Shown here piece after piece: positions 41,184-49,963 of a stretch of DNA of 50,278 nucleotides. The stretch lies in the IMG/VR virus record IMGVR_UViG_3300025082_000010, positions 1 to 50,278 of that record. One strand, given 5' to 3'. The stretch comes from a virus. Its lineage: Duplodnaviria; Caudoviricetes. Position 1 is the first letter of the stretch. Every line of letters begins with the position of its first letter. The position numbers and the translations under genes are program-made. Under the pieces are notes generated by a model. It was given only the letters and a program-made list of their open reading frames with translations. It made no database searches and was not told the DNA's origin.

Positions 41184-42134
41184 ATGGCATATACTCAATT
41201 TGTACCTGATAACATGCTGCAGCCGTACGGCACGAATCAGCTAGAAACGTGTATAAAGTTTGCAACTCCACTACCTGAGCAGCTTGTTGGTATGGTTCCA
41301 ACAACAGCAACTAATACCGATTGCGTGCAAGATCCTTGCTATACGCTTTGTGTGTTTGATGAAGATAAGAGTTCATTCCTATACGACTATCCAGATACTA
41401 CAGGAACAGCAACCTTTGAACTACAAAAATATAACGGGTCTGTATGGGTTACGGCTGCTAATCCAATGGGTGCAACGGAGGGCGTACTTTCTCCTATCGG
41501 AACATTTCCAGATTATCCAAGTTATGCAGGCTTTGAGATAGATTGGTCTTTAGTTTATGCTAATCATGGTGGAGTTGGAAAGTATAGATTTGTAGTAAAA
41601 ACCACAGATCCAGCAAACGACATGTTTTCATTACCTTTTGATTTAAAGGAAAACACATGCGATAATAAGAATTTGACGGTTAAGATTGAGATGGTAAACC
41701 AAGGTAGTTACTTCAATCTGAATTATACACCAGACAATAAAACGAGGCGTATCTATGACCTTATTAATATGACTTGGTATGATAGTGTAAGGTATTACGG
41801 GGTAACTGTCAAGGGAGACATTGAGACAGAAGAAACCAACGTAAATTATAATGACTACGCTGATTTAAACGTATACAGTGAAGACCGCGACACTTATGAT
41901 GTAAAGATCCCTTTGATATCTCAAGACCTTATACAAAGGTTGTACGCATATGGATTGCGTAGTGAAGATATAAAGTTGACAGATAACAACACGCTTAATC
42001 AAACGTTTTATGAACAGTTACCTATTGTATCAAATGGCGCGTATACGTTTGAAAGACAACCTAGAAAACAAGTCCTAAACACGGTAAGCATTCCGATAAA
42101 GCATCGATATGCACGAAGGTACAAAAAAAGCTGA
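41184..42134 (+). CDS. Tail-associated protein
   Basis: Last gene of the structural operon, 316 aa. Confidence 0.45.
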   Translation: MAYTQFVPDNMLQPYGTNQLETCIKFATPLPEQLVGMVPTTATNTDCVQDPCYTLCVFDEDKSSFLYDYPDTTGTATFELQKYNGSVWVTAANPMGATEGVLSPIGTFPDYPSYAGFEIDWSLVYANHGGVGKYRFVVKTTDPANDMFSLPFDLKENTCDNKNLTVKIEMVNQGSYFNLNYTPDNKTRRIYDLINMTWYDSVRYYGVTVKGDIETEETNVNYNDYADLNVYSEDRDTYDVKIPLISQDLIQRLYAYGLRSEDIKLTDNNTLNQTFYEQLPIVSNGAYTFERQPRKQVLNTVSIPIKHRYARRYKKS

Positions 42135-42169
42135 TCTACAAGGTAGACAGCGTTTCCGTAGCTGGACAA

Positions 42170-42196
42170 CCTCCACCTGTATAAAACGGGTGGAGG
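42170..42196. terminator. Stem-loop at convergence of the two transcription arms
   Basis: CCTCCACCTGT-ATAAA-ACGGGTGGAGG. Confidence 0.6.
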
Positions 42197-42222
42197 ACAT
42201 TTAAAAAAGGCATTAAAACGCC

Positions 42223-42278
42223 TTATAACACTTTATATAAACTATTCGTCCCTCACTGTTTATATGCCGATGTTATAA
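42223..42278 (-). repeat. attC-like palindromic site M6
   Basis: Minus: TTATAAC-atcggc-ATATAAAC ... GTTTATAT-aaagt-GTTATAA. Confidence 0.72.
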
Positions 42279-42503
42279 ACAATAAAATTATTCCTTTGGT
42301 GCTTCTGGTAAGGGCATCCAATATTTTATTTCTATAGTTTCATAATCTAAGTTTTGAAAAATATTAGTTTTATTGTTATACATTGCTTCATGTACTACAT
42401 TTGGAGATAATCTATCGCTTACTACTAAACATCTAGTAAATCCTATCCCCTCAGGTAATTTTTTGTGTGGGTCTATCCAATCCATAATTTTCCAGTTTAT
42501 AAC
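42272..42503 (-). mobile_element. Putative gene cassette C7
   Basis: Perfect 9-bp complementary ends GTTATAAAC / GTTTATAAC. Confidence 0.75.
42288..42485 (-). CDS. DUF551-like protein
   Basis: MDWI....LP ... YWMPLPEAP. Confidence 0.8.
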   Translation of the reverse strand: MDWIDPHKKLPEGIGFTRCLVVSDRLSPNVVHEAMYNNKTNIFQNLDYETIEIKYWMPLPEAPKE

Positions 42504-42548
42504 ATTATTTAAAAATCATTAAAACGCTTTTTACATTTACCGTTATCA
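42497..42548 (-). repeat. attC-like palindromic site M5
   Basis: Minus: TGATAAC-ggtaaatg-TAAAAA-gcgttttaatga-TTTTTA-aataat-GTTATAA. Confidence 0.65.
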
Positions 42549-43007
42549 TCAATTAGCCCAACGCTCCCACGCTTCGAGTAATTGAATTAATCTATCTACT
42601 TTCTTTTTGTACTTCTTAGGTACTTTGTTTGGTCTAATAGAGTTGTCTGAACCGCTTAATTTACGGCTCAGTTCACTCCATTTTATTATTTTAGTACACT
42701 CTTTCAATTCTTGGTTTTCTTGATATTGCTTTGATTGCTTCATTTATTGCAGATTTCTTTGTTAAATGACATTCTTCATAGATGTGTATTGATTCAAAGT
42801 CAGAATCTCCCATGTATATTTTTAAAAAAAATTCGTATTGAGTTTTAGTTCTATACACTTTTTCAATTACTACTTTATTTCCCTCTATTACCGTTGTGTA
42901 TTTTGTGTTGTTCATAATTGTTTTTCCGTTTTTGTATGATACAAATATACAGTATTCTGTAATTACTACCAAATAAAAATACAGAAAAATGTAAAAAAGA
43001 TGATAAC
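42542..43007 (-). mobile_element. Putative two-gene cassette C6 (42691..42915 and 42549..42743) with own promoter
   Basis: Perfect 9-bp complementary ends GTTATCATC / GATGATAAC; TATATTTG at 42949-42942. Confidence 0.75.
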
Positions 43008-43054
43008 ACGGTATAAAACGCCATTAAACAGGCGTTTATACAATACCGTTACCT
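43001..43054 (-). repeat. attC-like palindromic site M4
   Basis: Minus: AGGTAAC(stop)-ggtatt-GTATAAACGCC-tgtttaat-GGCGTTTTATAC-cgt-GTTATCA. Confidence 0.75.
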
Positions 43055-43558
43055 ATAAACTACGTTCTCAAAACTACCTGAAACACTAAACAAAGTATCT
43101 TGCTGATACACCCACCCACTACCGTAAAACGTACCAGACACCATATTAGCACTGTCTTTGGTTATGATGATAGCGCCCTCGGAGCATTGTTGTGCTGTTA
43201 TAGATGACCCTCCGTTCCATGTTATAGGTATAGAGTTAGACAATATAGCTGGCCATTTTATGTTATTAGTATCAAGTCCTTCTTCAAAAGACATTCCAAC
43301 ACTATAGAACTCATCACTAGAAAACAATATTCCAATTCTATCATCATCAATATAAGCCGTATCCACTGTAAAACACTGCTCATCATAAACAACAGTATCA
43401 ACATCATGCATCACATACGTTTTAGAGATACATATTTGATTAGTCGTAATCTCAATAGGGTCTACAGTTACAATCTGTGGTTGTGGCTCCTCCTCCTTAT
43501 TACAGGAAGTGAAGACTATCACAGTTACAATCGCGGTTAAAAGTTCTGGTAATTTCAT
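43049..43558 (-). CDS. Lipoprotein
   Basis: Signal peptide with lipobox VFTS-C followed by NKEEE. Confidence 0.8.
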   Translation of the reverse strand: MKLPELLTAIVTVIVFTSCNKEEEPQPQIVTVDPIEITTNQICISKTYVMHDVDTVVYDEQCFTVDTAYIDDDRIGILFSSDEFYSVGMSFEEGLDTNNIKWPAILSNSIPITWNGGSSITAQQCSEGAIIITKDSANMVSGTFYGSGWVYQQDTLFSVSGSFENVVYR

Positions 43559-43811
43559 AATTTTGATAGTTTTGATAATACTATTGTAAGATAGGTTTGT
43601 AGGTCGTTACTACCTATTCTATAGGGTACTAATTTGTCAATCTCATTAGGCAATACCTCAATAACCCAATCTTTATAGATAATAGGATATTTAATAGGCT
43701 TATTCCCGTGACCTCTTAAAGCCCTGTATGATATGTTGTTTTCAATACAAAACCCCCTCAATGATCTAGAAAGGGTTTTAGTATTGCTACTTGTTATTAA
43801 GTATAATGCCA

Positions 43812-44177
43812 TTAATCTACGGTTTTAATTGTTATATCATCTTGGTAATGCTTCATAGCATGCTTAACTATCCCTTTTAAGTCTTCGTTGTCACAAGCAG
43901 CCTCGAAGGTGTCATAACTAAAAAACTTTTCAGCTTGAAAGTCTAGCTCTACCTCTGAATGATCAACTTGATAGCACTCTTCAAACAAAAGAGGGTGAAA
44001 CTTCTTAGACCATATTTTAACGATTTCAAGAGGCATTTTTATGTCGAAAAAAGTGTTTTCCTGATCGTAGTATCTAATTTCGATATTCTCAGTACGTTGG
44101 TTGTCTGTGATAGTGTAGTCTTCTATTTTAATTTTTGAAGCAATCATCTTTTTAAGTTTTTTAAGTCTCTTAATCAT
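43812..44177 (-). CDS. Hypothetical protein
   Basis: Starts immediately after promoter repeat copy 3. Confidence 0.6.
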   Translation of the reverse strand: MIKRLKKLKKMIASKIKIEDYTITDNQRTENIEIRYYDQENTFFDIKMPLEIVKIWSKKFHPLLFEECYQVDHSEVELDFQAEKFFSYDTFEAACDNEDLKGIVKHAMKHYQDDITIKTVD

Positions 44178-44228
44178 GTGTCTTAATTATATAAACGTAA
44201 AGATATAACAAATGTTACGTATCTGCAA
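44178..44228 (-). promoter_or_regulatory. 51-bp repeated promoter/operator, copy 3
   Basis: Minus: TTGCAGATACGTAACATTTGTTATATCTTTACGTTTATATAATTAAGACAC. Confidence 0.75.
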
Positions 44229-44235
44229 GGATTAT

Positions 44236-44301
44236 TTACAACAAAGAATAAAAAATACTCGTACCTCGCAACGCTCAAGCTTTTTTATTCGGATGTTATG
44301 A
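44236..44301 (-). repeat. attC-like palindromic site M3
   Basis: Minus: TCATAAC-atcc-GAATAAAAAA ... TTTTTTATTC-ttt-GTTGTAA. Confidence 0.75.
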
Positions 44302-44589
44302 GTAATTGTGATATTCACCACCATTAATAATATACTTTCTTAATTTTCTCAACTCCTTTTTAGCCCCCCAGCTTTTCTTTTTCACGGATATTAATTGTTG
44401 TGGGTATATCTCATAACTATCATCTATCTTGTAATCACCTCCTTGATTACGTATCACACATACAATTACGCTTTTTCCGTATTGGTCTTGTCTAACAAAT
44501 GCAGGTTCAGCTTCTAAGAATCCACCATTTGAAAAAGACTGCAACGACCAAATCAATACTCTATCTCCTTTCTTTAACATACTCATAAC
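44295..44589 (-). mobile_element. Putative gene cassette C5 (ORF 44296..44586)
   Basis: Perfect 10-bp complementary ends GTTATGAGTA / TACTCATAAC. Confidence 0.8.
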
Positions 44590-44678
44590 AACGGCTAAAA
44601 ATTAATAGCCTTATTTACATTATCACTTAACTAATTAGTTCATTACTTAGGCTACTAATCTTAGCCAAAACGTTAGCA
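44583..44678 (-). repeat. attC-like palindromic site M2
   Basis: Minus: TGCTAAC-gtttt-GGCTAAGATTAGTAGCCT ... AGGCTATTAATTTTTAGCC-gtt-GTTATGA. Confidence 0.78.
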
Positions 44679-44966
44679 TTAATACTACTTTCGTATGCTG
44701 TCTAAGTATATACCAGTTAAATCTTCATAATCAACCCCTTTTGGTAATTTTCCTATTGGTTCTACATTTACTTTAATATAAATAGGTTCTCCTTTGTCTT
44801 GGAAATAATAGTCATCTATATGTAAATCAATTATTTTACACTTAATGTCAATATCATTACCTTTTTCATCTTCAGCTATTATAGCTGTTACTGTTTGTCC
44901 AATTAATTCTCTTAAATCATTCATTTTTATAAAATTTATTTGTTAATAATCCGTACTAATGCTAAC
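44672..44966 (-). mobile_element. Putative gene cassette C4 (ORF 44685..44924)
   Basis: Ends GTTAGCATTAGTAC / GTATTAATGCTAAC complementary at 13/14. Confidence 0.8.
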
Positions 44967-45013
44967 AATGGCTAAAACGGCATTAAAACAACCGTTTAGC
45001 CTAAGCGTTACCC
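44960..45013 (-). repeat. attC-like palindromic site M1
   Basis: Minus: GGGTAAC(stop)-gcttag-GCTAAACGG-ttgttttaatg-CCGTTTTAGC-catt-GTTAGCA. Confidence 0.75.
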
Positions 45014-45630
45014 CCTCAAATACTCGTCAACAAATTGTTCTATAGTCATTCCTATGTGCTTCTCTCCATTGTCTCGAAAGTACTTAAAGAAGTCACATAA
45101 TAGAGTTTTGTTATTTTCCTTTATAATATCACCCATTAAATCAATAATGTCTTCGCCTAACATGCTTTGTTTTTCGATGTCGGTGGCTTCAATGCTAGTT
45201 GTTTTGTCTAGCAGCCATTTTTTTATTTCTTCTCTATTCATAATTCTTTTATTCTCTTATATATTTCTATAACCCTAGGCAATTGTTTGAAGTCTTTAAC
45301 AAGCATATTAGGATGGTTGTCAATAAGATAATCGCGTTCAGCAAGCAAATCAAAGTATTCTTTGTTATTATCTGTAATAATAGGTTTAGGCACCTCGTAG
45401 TTTTTAAAAGCGTCTATAGATTCAGTCAGTAACTTAGCTGTCTTATCAAGCCCTAAAACCGCAGAAACCTTACCGATAAAAAGCTGGCGTATTAATTTGT
45501 CTTTATTACTCATCTATTTAAATTGTTTAATCATTTCCTTAATTGTTTTTTGTTCTCTTCTTATGAATGGAGTTTGCTCGGCCTTGTCTAGCTCCCTAAG
45601 ATACTCCTTCATTTCTTCAATTGCTTTCTC

Positions 45631-45692
45631 GTGATGTGTCATGTGTCAGGTGTCATGTTTAGGTGTGATGTGTGATGTGTGATGTGTTGTGT
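45631..45692. repeat. Degenerate 7-bp tandem repeat GT(G/C)ATGT, about 9 units
   Basis: gtgatgt gtcatgt gtcaggt gtcatgt ttaggt gtgatgt gtgatgt gtgatgt gttgtgt. Confidence 0.85.
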
Positions 45693-47441
45693 TTAATCCC
45701 ATTCGGTAGGGTATCCAAGTTCTAAGGGTTTTAACTCCTCTTCTGGTTCAATACAATAACCTGTATAGGCGTGTGTTTTTGTGTAATACCTTCCACTAGG
45801 GATATGATAATTAAAGCTTTTCATTTGTCCTATTTCCCCTTGAAAAGAGAATTTAGTTTTTAGGTTTACGAACTTGGTTTCGGCAGAGTTGTTTTCATCT
45901 TCAAAGATCCGATAGATACAAAACCCGTCATGTGTTTGGTTCCTAAAGTCGGCACTACCTGAAACATTGTACAAGTTTGGTATGTCATAAACACCATCGT
46001 CATTTTTTCTCATCTTGGTAGGGTGAGCTATTAGGAAAATGATAACATTGTTTTGTTGGGCGAATGAAGTTAATCTAGTAAGTACCTCGTTTATCAGATT
46101 TCTGTTTTCACCCTCCTTATCAAATAGAACTTTGTTAAAGGCGTCTATTACAAATATGTCTATCCCAAAATTATACATTTGCTCTTTAAACTTTTCAAAC
46201 AACCAATTCCACGTAGGAGACTCATTTTGTTCGGGGGCTGTGAGGTATATCTTTTCATTTGCCCACTTCTTATATTTTGCAATGTCTTTACGTGTTACCC
46301 TTTCAATTCCATCCATGGAACTAAAAAACGGCTTGCCCGTGTATTTCTGTATAAGGTTGGTTTGGTGTAACTCCATAGGGTGATGCTCTGGACTAAACCA
46401 ACTCGCTTTCATGTCATAATCTTGTAACAAGTTCAAAACGTACCAGTCTGTGAAGTTTGACTTACCGTGGCTAGGTATACCCGTACCTGTTACTAGGTGG
46501 CCACGCATTACCGAGAATATACTTTCTAAACCTTCAAACCATATGCTTTTAGGGTAAATTGTTTCTGGTAGTCCGTTGTCGTATAGTCTGTAAATGTCAT
46601 CTTCTAGATCTTCGACTTTGAATGTGCCTGATACTGGATAGCCTTTTGAGTTTTTGAGCGACTCTTCTAGGGTTAATACGCTTTCTTGTAGGTCTTCATT
46701 GGCGTCTTTGTGCTTAAAGCTTACTCGCTCGCACCTCCAACGTCCCAACCTTTGCGCTATCTTCTCAGATACTTCATTTCCTTTCTGATCCATGTCAGTA
46801 CAGATATAGAACTTTTCTACGTCTGCTAAATAATCCGCGCAATTAGTCCATACATCATCATGATCATTGGCCCCATTTGGCAAGCTGATACAATTTTTTA
46901 TACCTGCCTCCCATAAGCTTAATTTATCAATTTCACCCTCTACAATGTATACCTCTTTTTGTCCTATGATGTCATTAATTCCGTAGAAAATACGCCTTGC
47001 ATCTTTGGACTGTGTAAACTGCTTTCCTCTGCTTCTGTATTTCTTATTTATTAGCGTGTCACCTTCAAAATAATTAAAGACTAAATTTGATACATTTTTC
47101 TGAATTGCTGGTTGGTAGTATGTTTCCTCTGTTAGTTTGTTCTCTATTATCGTTTTTTGGCTAATTCCACGCGTTTTAAGGTATACTTGGAGTTTATCTG
47201 ATAGTTTGGTATAGTTGACTATGTTTTGAGGCGGTAAGACGAAATTTTGCGATTGTTGTTTTTCTTTGAAATCTCTTATTGAAATCTCTTCGCAGTAGTG
47301 GCACTTTGCTAGTCCTTTATCTAGATTTACGCTCAAAGCCCTATCTCTTTTATTCTTTCGCCTGTCAACACAAGCAGGGCAAACGATTTTGATATTGCCT
47401 GAAACTTTACCTTTGCAATCTATGTCTTTCCAGTCGATCAT
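45693..47441 (-). CDS. T7 gp4/Twinkle-like primase-helicase
   Basis: CPAC/CHYC zinc finger, TOPRIM EGEIDKLS and DMD, TGIPSHGKS Walker A, AHPTK, SGSADF. Confidence 0.92.
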   Translation of the reverse strand: MIDWKDIDCKGKVSGNIKIVCPACVDRRKNKRDRALSVNLDKGLAKCHYCEEISIRDFKEKQQSQNFVLPPQNIVNYTKLSDKLQVYLKTRGISQKTIIENKLTEETYYQPAIQKNVSNLVFNYFEGDTLINKKYRSRGKQFTQSKDARRIFYGINDIIGQKEVYIVEGEIDKLSLWEAGIKNCISLPNGANDHDDVWTNCADYLADVEKFYICTDMDQKGNEVSEKIAQRLGRWRCERVSFKHKDANEDLQESVLTLEESLKNSKGYPVSGTFKVEDLEDDIYRLYDNGLPETIYPKSIWFEGLESIFSVMRGHLVTGTGIPSHGKSNFTDWYVLNLLQDYDMKASWFSPEHHPMELHQTNLIQKYTGKPFFSSMDGIERVTRKDIAKYKKWANEKIYLTAPEQNESPTWNWLFEKFKEQMYNFGIDIFVIDAFNKVLFDKEGENRNLINEVLTRLTSFAQQNNVIIFLIAHPTKMRKNDDGVYDIPNLYNVSGSADFRNQTHDGFCIYRIFEDENNSAETKFVNLKTKFSFQGEIGQMKSFNYHIPSGRYYTKTHAYTGYCIEPEEELKPLELGYPTEWD

Positions 47442-48064
47442 TAGAATGTGAGGTTAGAAGTGTTTAGACCTTTTTTAACTTTCTTTTGTTCGCCTTTGTA
47501 ACTCTCCCATATTAAACCTTGATAGGTGTTTTCAATTGAATTGTTTACCACGTGGTCAAGTTTATCAAATGATGTTTCATTGAATTTCTTAACCAGAGCT
47601 TTGAGAGTTGCTTCTACTGTGATTGGCTTTTTTATATCCTTTCGGTATTGAATCCATTTATCAAAAACCCCTCTTTTGTTTATATCATTAACTGTATCTA
47701 TAACTGTATCTGTTACTGTTACTGTAACTGTATCAGGTTTTCTGGGTTCGTCTGGGTTTCTAGAAAACCCAGTGGGTTTCTTTGGGTTTGTCTGGGTTCC
47801 TTTGGGTTTCGGTGGTCTGCCCCCCTTTTTTCCGTTCTTACGGCTTCTCTCAGCGCTTTTTTCATATTTTGCTAAGTCTCTTTTCATTTGTCTTTTGATT
47901 GGCTCAAAAACTAAATCAACTATCATATCTTCAGTTGTTGGATTCAAATCATTGACATATTCCAGAATTATAGTAAGCAATTCACCTCTTTTTTCCATTG
48001 GCATCTTTTGCACCGTATGGATCAAATCTGCGTATAAAACAAATGCTTTTTTGTCTTCTGCCAT
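47441..48064 (-). CDS. Replication initiator-like protein (DUF6291-type N-terminus) with internal repeats (possible origin)
   Basis: KKAFVLY, NGKKGGRP, DTVTVTVTDTV linker; repeated ACTGTA/CTGGGTT units at ~47690-47810; adjacent to helicase. Confidence 0.7.
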   Translation of the reverse strand: MAEDKKAFVLYADLIHTVQKMPMEKRGELLTIILEYVNDLNPTTEDMIVDLVFEPIKRQMKRDLAKYEKSAERSRKNGKKGGRPPKPKGTQTNPKKPTGFSRNPDEPRKPDTVTVTVTDTVIDTVNDINKRGVFDKWIQYRKDIKKPITVEATLKALVKKFNETSFDKLDHVVNNSIENTYQGLIWESYKGEQKKVKKGLNTSNLTF

Positions 48065-48098
48065 GTTTAAACTTTTTTAACTTTGTTGATAAAATTTT

Positions 48099-48254
48099 TT
48101 AAGCTAGGATCTCTTTTAGTTTTATATCTATGTGTTGAGGCATAGGTCTTGTTTTTGTTAGATAGTAGCTCAATAAAACCTGACTAATACCAATTTGTTT
48201 TGCAATCCATCCTTTTTTTAAACCCCTCTCTTCAATTGCTTTTTGAAAATCCAT
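48099..48254 (-). CDS. Cro-like HTH protein (51 aa, not in ORF track)
   Basis: MDFQKAIEERGLKKGWIAKQIGISQVLLSYYLTKTRPMP... Confidence 0.75.
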   Translation of the reverse strand: MDFQKAIEERGLKKGWIAKQIGISQVLLSYYLTKTRPMPQHIDIKLKEILA

Positions 48255-48289
48255 ATACAAATATGTTTAAAATTCTTTAACTTTCCTAA

Positions 48290-49105
48290 TTATCCGTTTA
48301 CTTTTTCGTATTCATTTGTTTTTATTACCATGCGTGAAACAGGATAATCTGTTGTTGAGAAAATGTTCCAGCACTTTATAATAAGATTGCTTTTATAAAT
48401 ACTCTTCATTTTAGTATTGCTTATTTTAGAGTGTAAAAGCTTTTTGTATGCGTAATTAGTTGATGAATCTTCATTATTTCCGTTAGACAATAGTAATGAT
48501 TTCATGAAATCAATATGTTGTTCAGTTGCATTAAATGATTTAGCTATAATGTATAAGTAAGTTACAACCTCGGTAAGGGTTAAAAGCTTAATGCGTTGTT
48601 TTTTAAATATAGGCAGCCCAATTGAAACTAATGAACTTAAAGAATCTGAGTTTTTACTTGCAAAATTCAAGCCCTTTGAATTTGTGATAGACCATCTAGT
48701 TACTCCGTTAGTGCCTAGGTGTAGCATGGTTTGCTCGTATTTTAAAACCTGTTTAACAACAGAAGCTTTTAAAGAATGATATTTAAACCCATTTAGCTTA
48801 AGAACATCGTGTAAGCTTCTGTTAGTGCCAGTATCAATAGTGTCCATTACATCAGGCTCAACACCTGAAATCAAAGGCACTTTATAGGTGTGGTTTGCCT
48901 CAATTACAGCATATAATCTATGTTGACCGTCTTTTACAACTCCATTTACATCTATGATTATAGGCTCTCCATTCTCTTTCCATGCTCCGCTTTTCATTTG
49001 GGATACATAAGAATTTTTAATGCCTTTTAAATCTCTATTTCCAATGTTCTTTTTTAGCAATTCTTTTGCTAGTTCTGGTGTTAGTGTTATAATTTCTGCT
49101 TTCAT
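48290..49105 (-). CDS. ParB/Srx-like (DGQHR) domain protein
   Basis: TPELAKELL..N..NR, GEPIIID, DGQHRLYAV, IDTG..RS motifs. Confidence 0.7.
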   Translation of the reverse strand: MKAEIITLTPELAKELLKKNIGNRDLKGIKNSYVSQMKSGAWKENGEPIIIDVNGVVKDGQHRLYAVIEANHTYKVPLISGVEPDVMDTIDTGTNRSLHDVLKLNGFKYHSLKASVVKQVLKYEQTMLHLGTNGVTRWSITNSKGLNFASKNSDSLSSLVSIGLPIFKKQRIKLLTLTEVVTYLYIIAKSFNATEQHIDFMKSLLLSNGNNEDSSTNYAYKKLLHSKISNTKMKSIYKSNLIIKCWNIFSTTDYPVSRMVIKTNEYEKVNG

Positions 49106-49138
49106 CTTTTTTGTTTTTATGTTTAATTATCTAGTGTT

Positions 49139-49447
49139 TTATCTTATACCCAAACTATTAATATTGTAAAGTATCTCGTTAATTATATCTAGCTCTTCTA
49201 TTTTTTTTCTTTGAAAGTGAAACATTTTAAGTTTTAAATACTCTAACTCTGGTTTGTCTAATGGAACTAATAAACCAGAATCATAATATACGTTTTGTGT
49301 ATTATTAGTGTCTTTTAAGAAGTATTCCCTATGTGTACATACTATAATATGCGTTGTAGGATGACCATTCCTAATACCGTCTATCTTTACCACTCTAAAT
49401 GTTGGATTGTCTTCTTTTATGTACTGCGCTATTAACTCTCTATCCAT
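49139..49447 (-). CDS. Hypothetical protein
   Basis: Bounded by 17-bp linkers. Confidence 0.7.
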   Translation of the reverse strand: MDRELIAQYIKEDNPTFRVVKIDGIRNGHPTTHIIVCTHREYFLKDTNNTQNVYYDSGLLVPLDKPELEYLKLKMFHFQRKKIEELDIINEILYNINSLGIR

Positions 49448-49461
49448 AATTATATAGTGTT

Positions 49462-49716
49462 TTATTTTACCATTGATATCTCAATTCTATTTGCAAAACT
49501 CTCTTCTACGTCTACAGTCTTAAAGCCGTCACCTATTGCACTATTCCAGTCGCCTTTATGATCCCATTTACTAATGACCCCAGAAACAAACCTTCCACTA
49601 CCTCTCCATTTGAAGAATACGTATGCATGGTTTCCGTATTCTTCTGCTATCCATACATTTTGATTCTTCTTGAATCGATGGGTGTCTTTTTTGGCCTTGA
49701 ACATTTTTACTTCCAT
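49462..49716 (-). CDS. Hypothetical protein
   Basis: Bounded by 17-bp linkers. Confidence 0.7.
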   Translation of the reverse strand: MEVKMFKAKKDTHRFKKNQNVWIAEEYGNHAYVFFKWRGSGRFVSGVISKWDHKGDWNSAIGDGFKTVDVEESFANRIEISMVK

Positions 49717-49730
49717 AATTATCTAGTGTT

Positions 49731-49952
49731 TTATTTACCGTACAGTGACAATTGTAACTCTTTAGTAAGATCATTCATATGAGCCACTAGCGTAGAGCAA
49801 TAAGCACTTTCTAACGTAGTCAATAATATAAGTTTAACGGTGTCACTATCCTTTTTGCACCTCTTAGCGTGGTGTATGAAATACTTTACTTTCCTTGATG
49901 ACATCTTGATTTGTTCGGATGTGTGGTATAGGTTTCTTATGGTGTTCATCAT
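49731..49952 (-). CDS. Hypothetical protein, absent from the allele at the window start
   Basis: Lies in the 432-bp segment missing between positions 127 and 142. Confidence 0.6.
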   Translation of the reverse strand: MMNTIRNLYHTSEQIKMSSRKVKYFIHHAKRCKKDSDTVKLILLTTLESAYCSTLVAHMNDLTKELQLSLYGK

Positions 49953-49963
49953 AATTTAATTAT

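Larger units (their letters stand above)
49125..49733 (-). repeat. 17-bp inter-gene linker TAAAACACTAGATAATT at 49125-49141, 49448-49464, 49717-49733
   Basis: Two exact copies and one with a single mismatch, each starting with the upstream stop codon; partial copy at 49958-49967. Confidence 0.85.

Noticed and set aside
37196-42134. Diversity-generating retroelement targeting tail genes
   Set aside because: No reverse transcriptase motif and no adenine-mismatched TR/VR pair noticed
45054-49782. Plus-strand ORFs within the replication arm (e.g. 46039..46383, 47676..48080)
   Set aside because: Antisense to well-supported minus-strand genes
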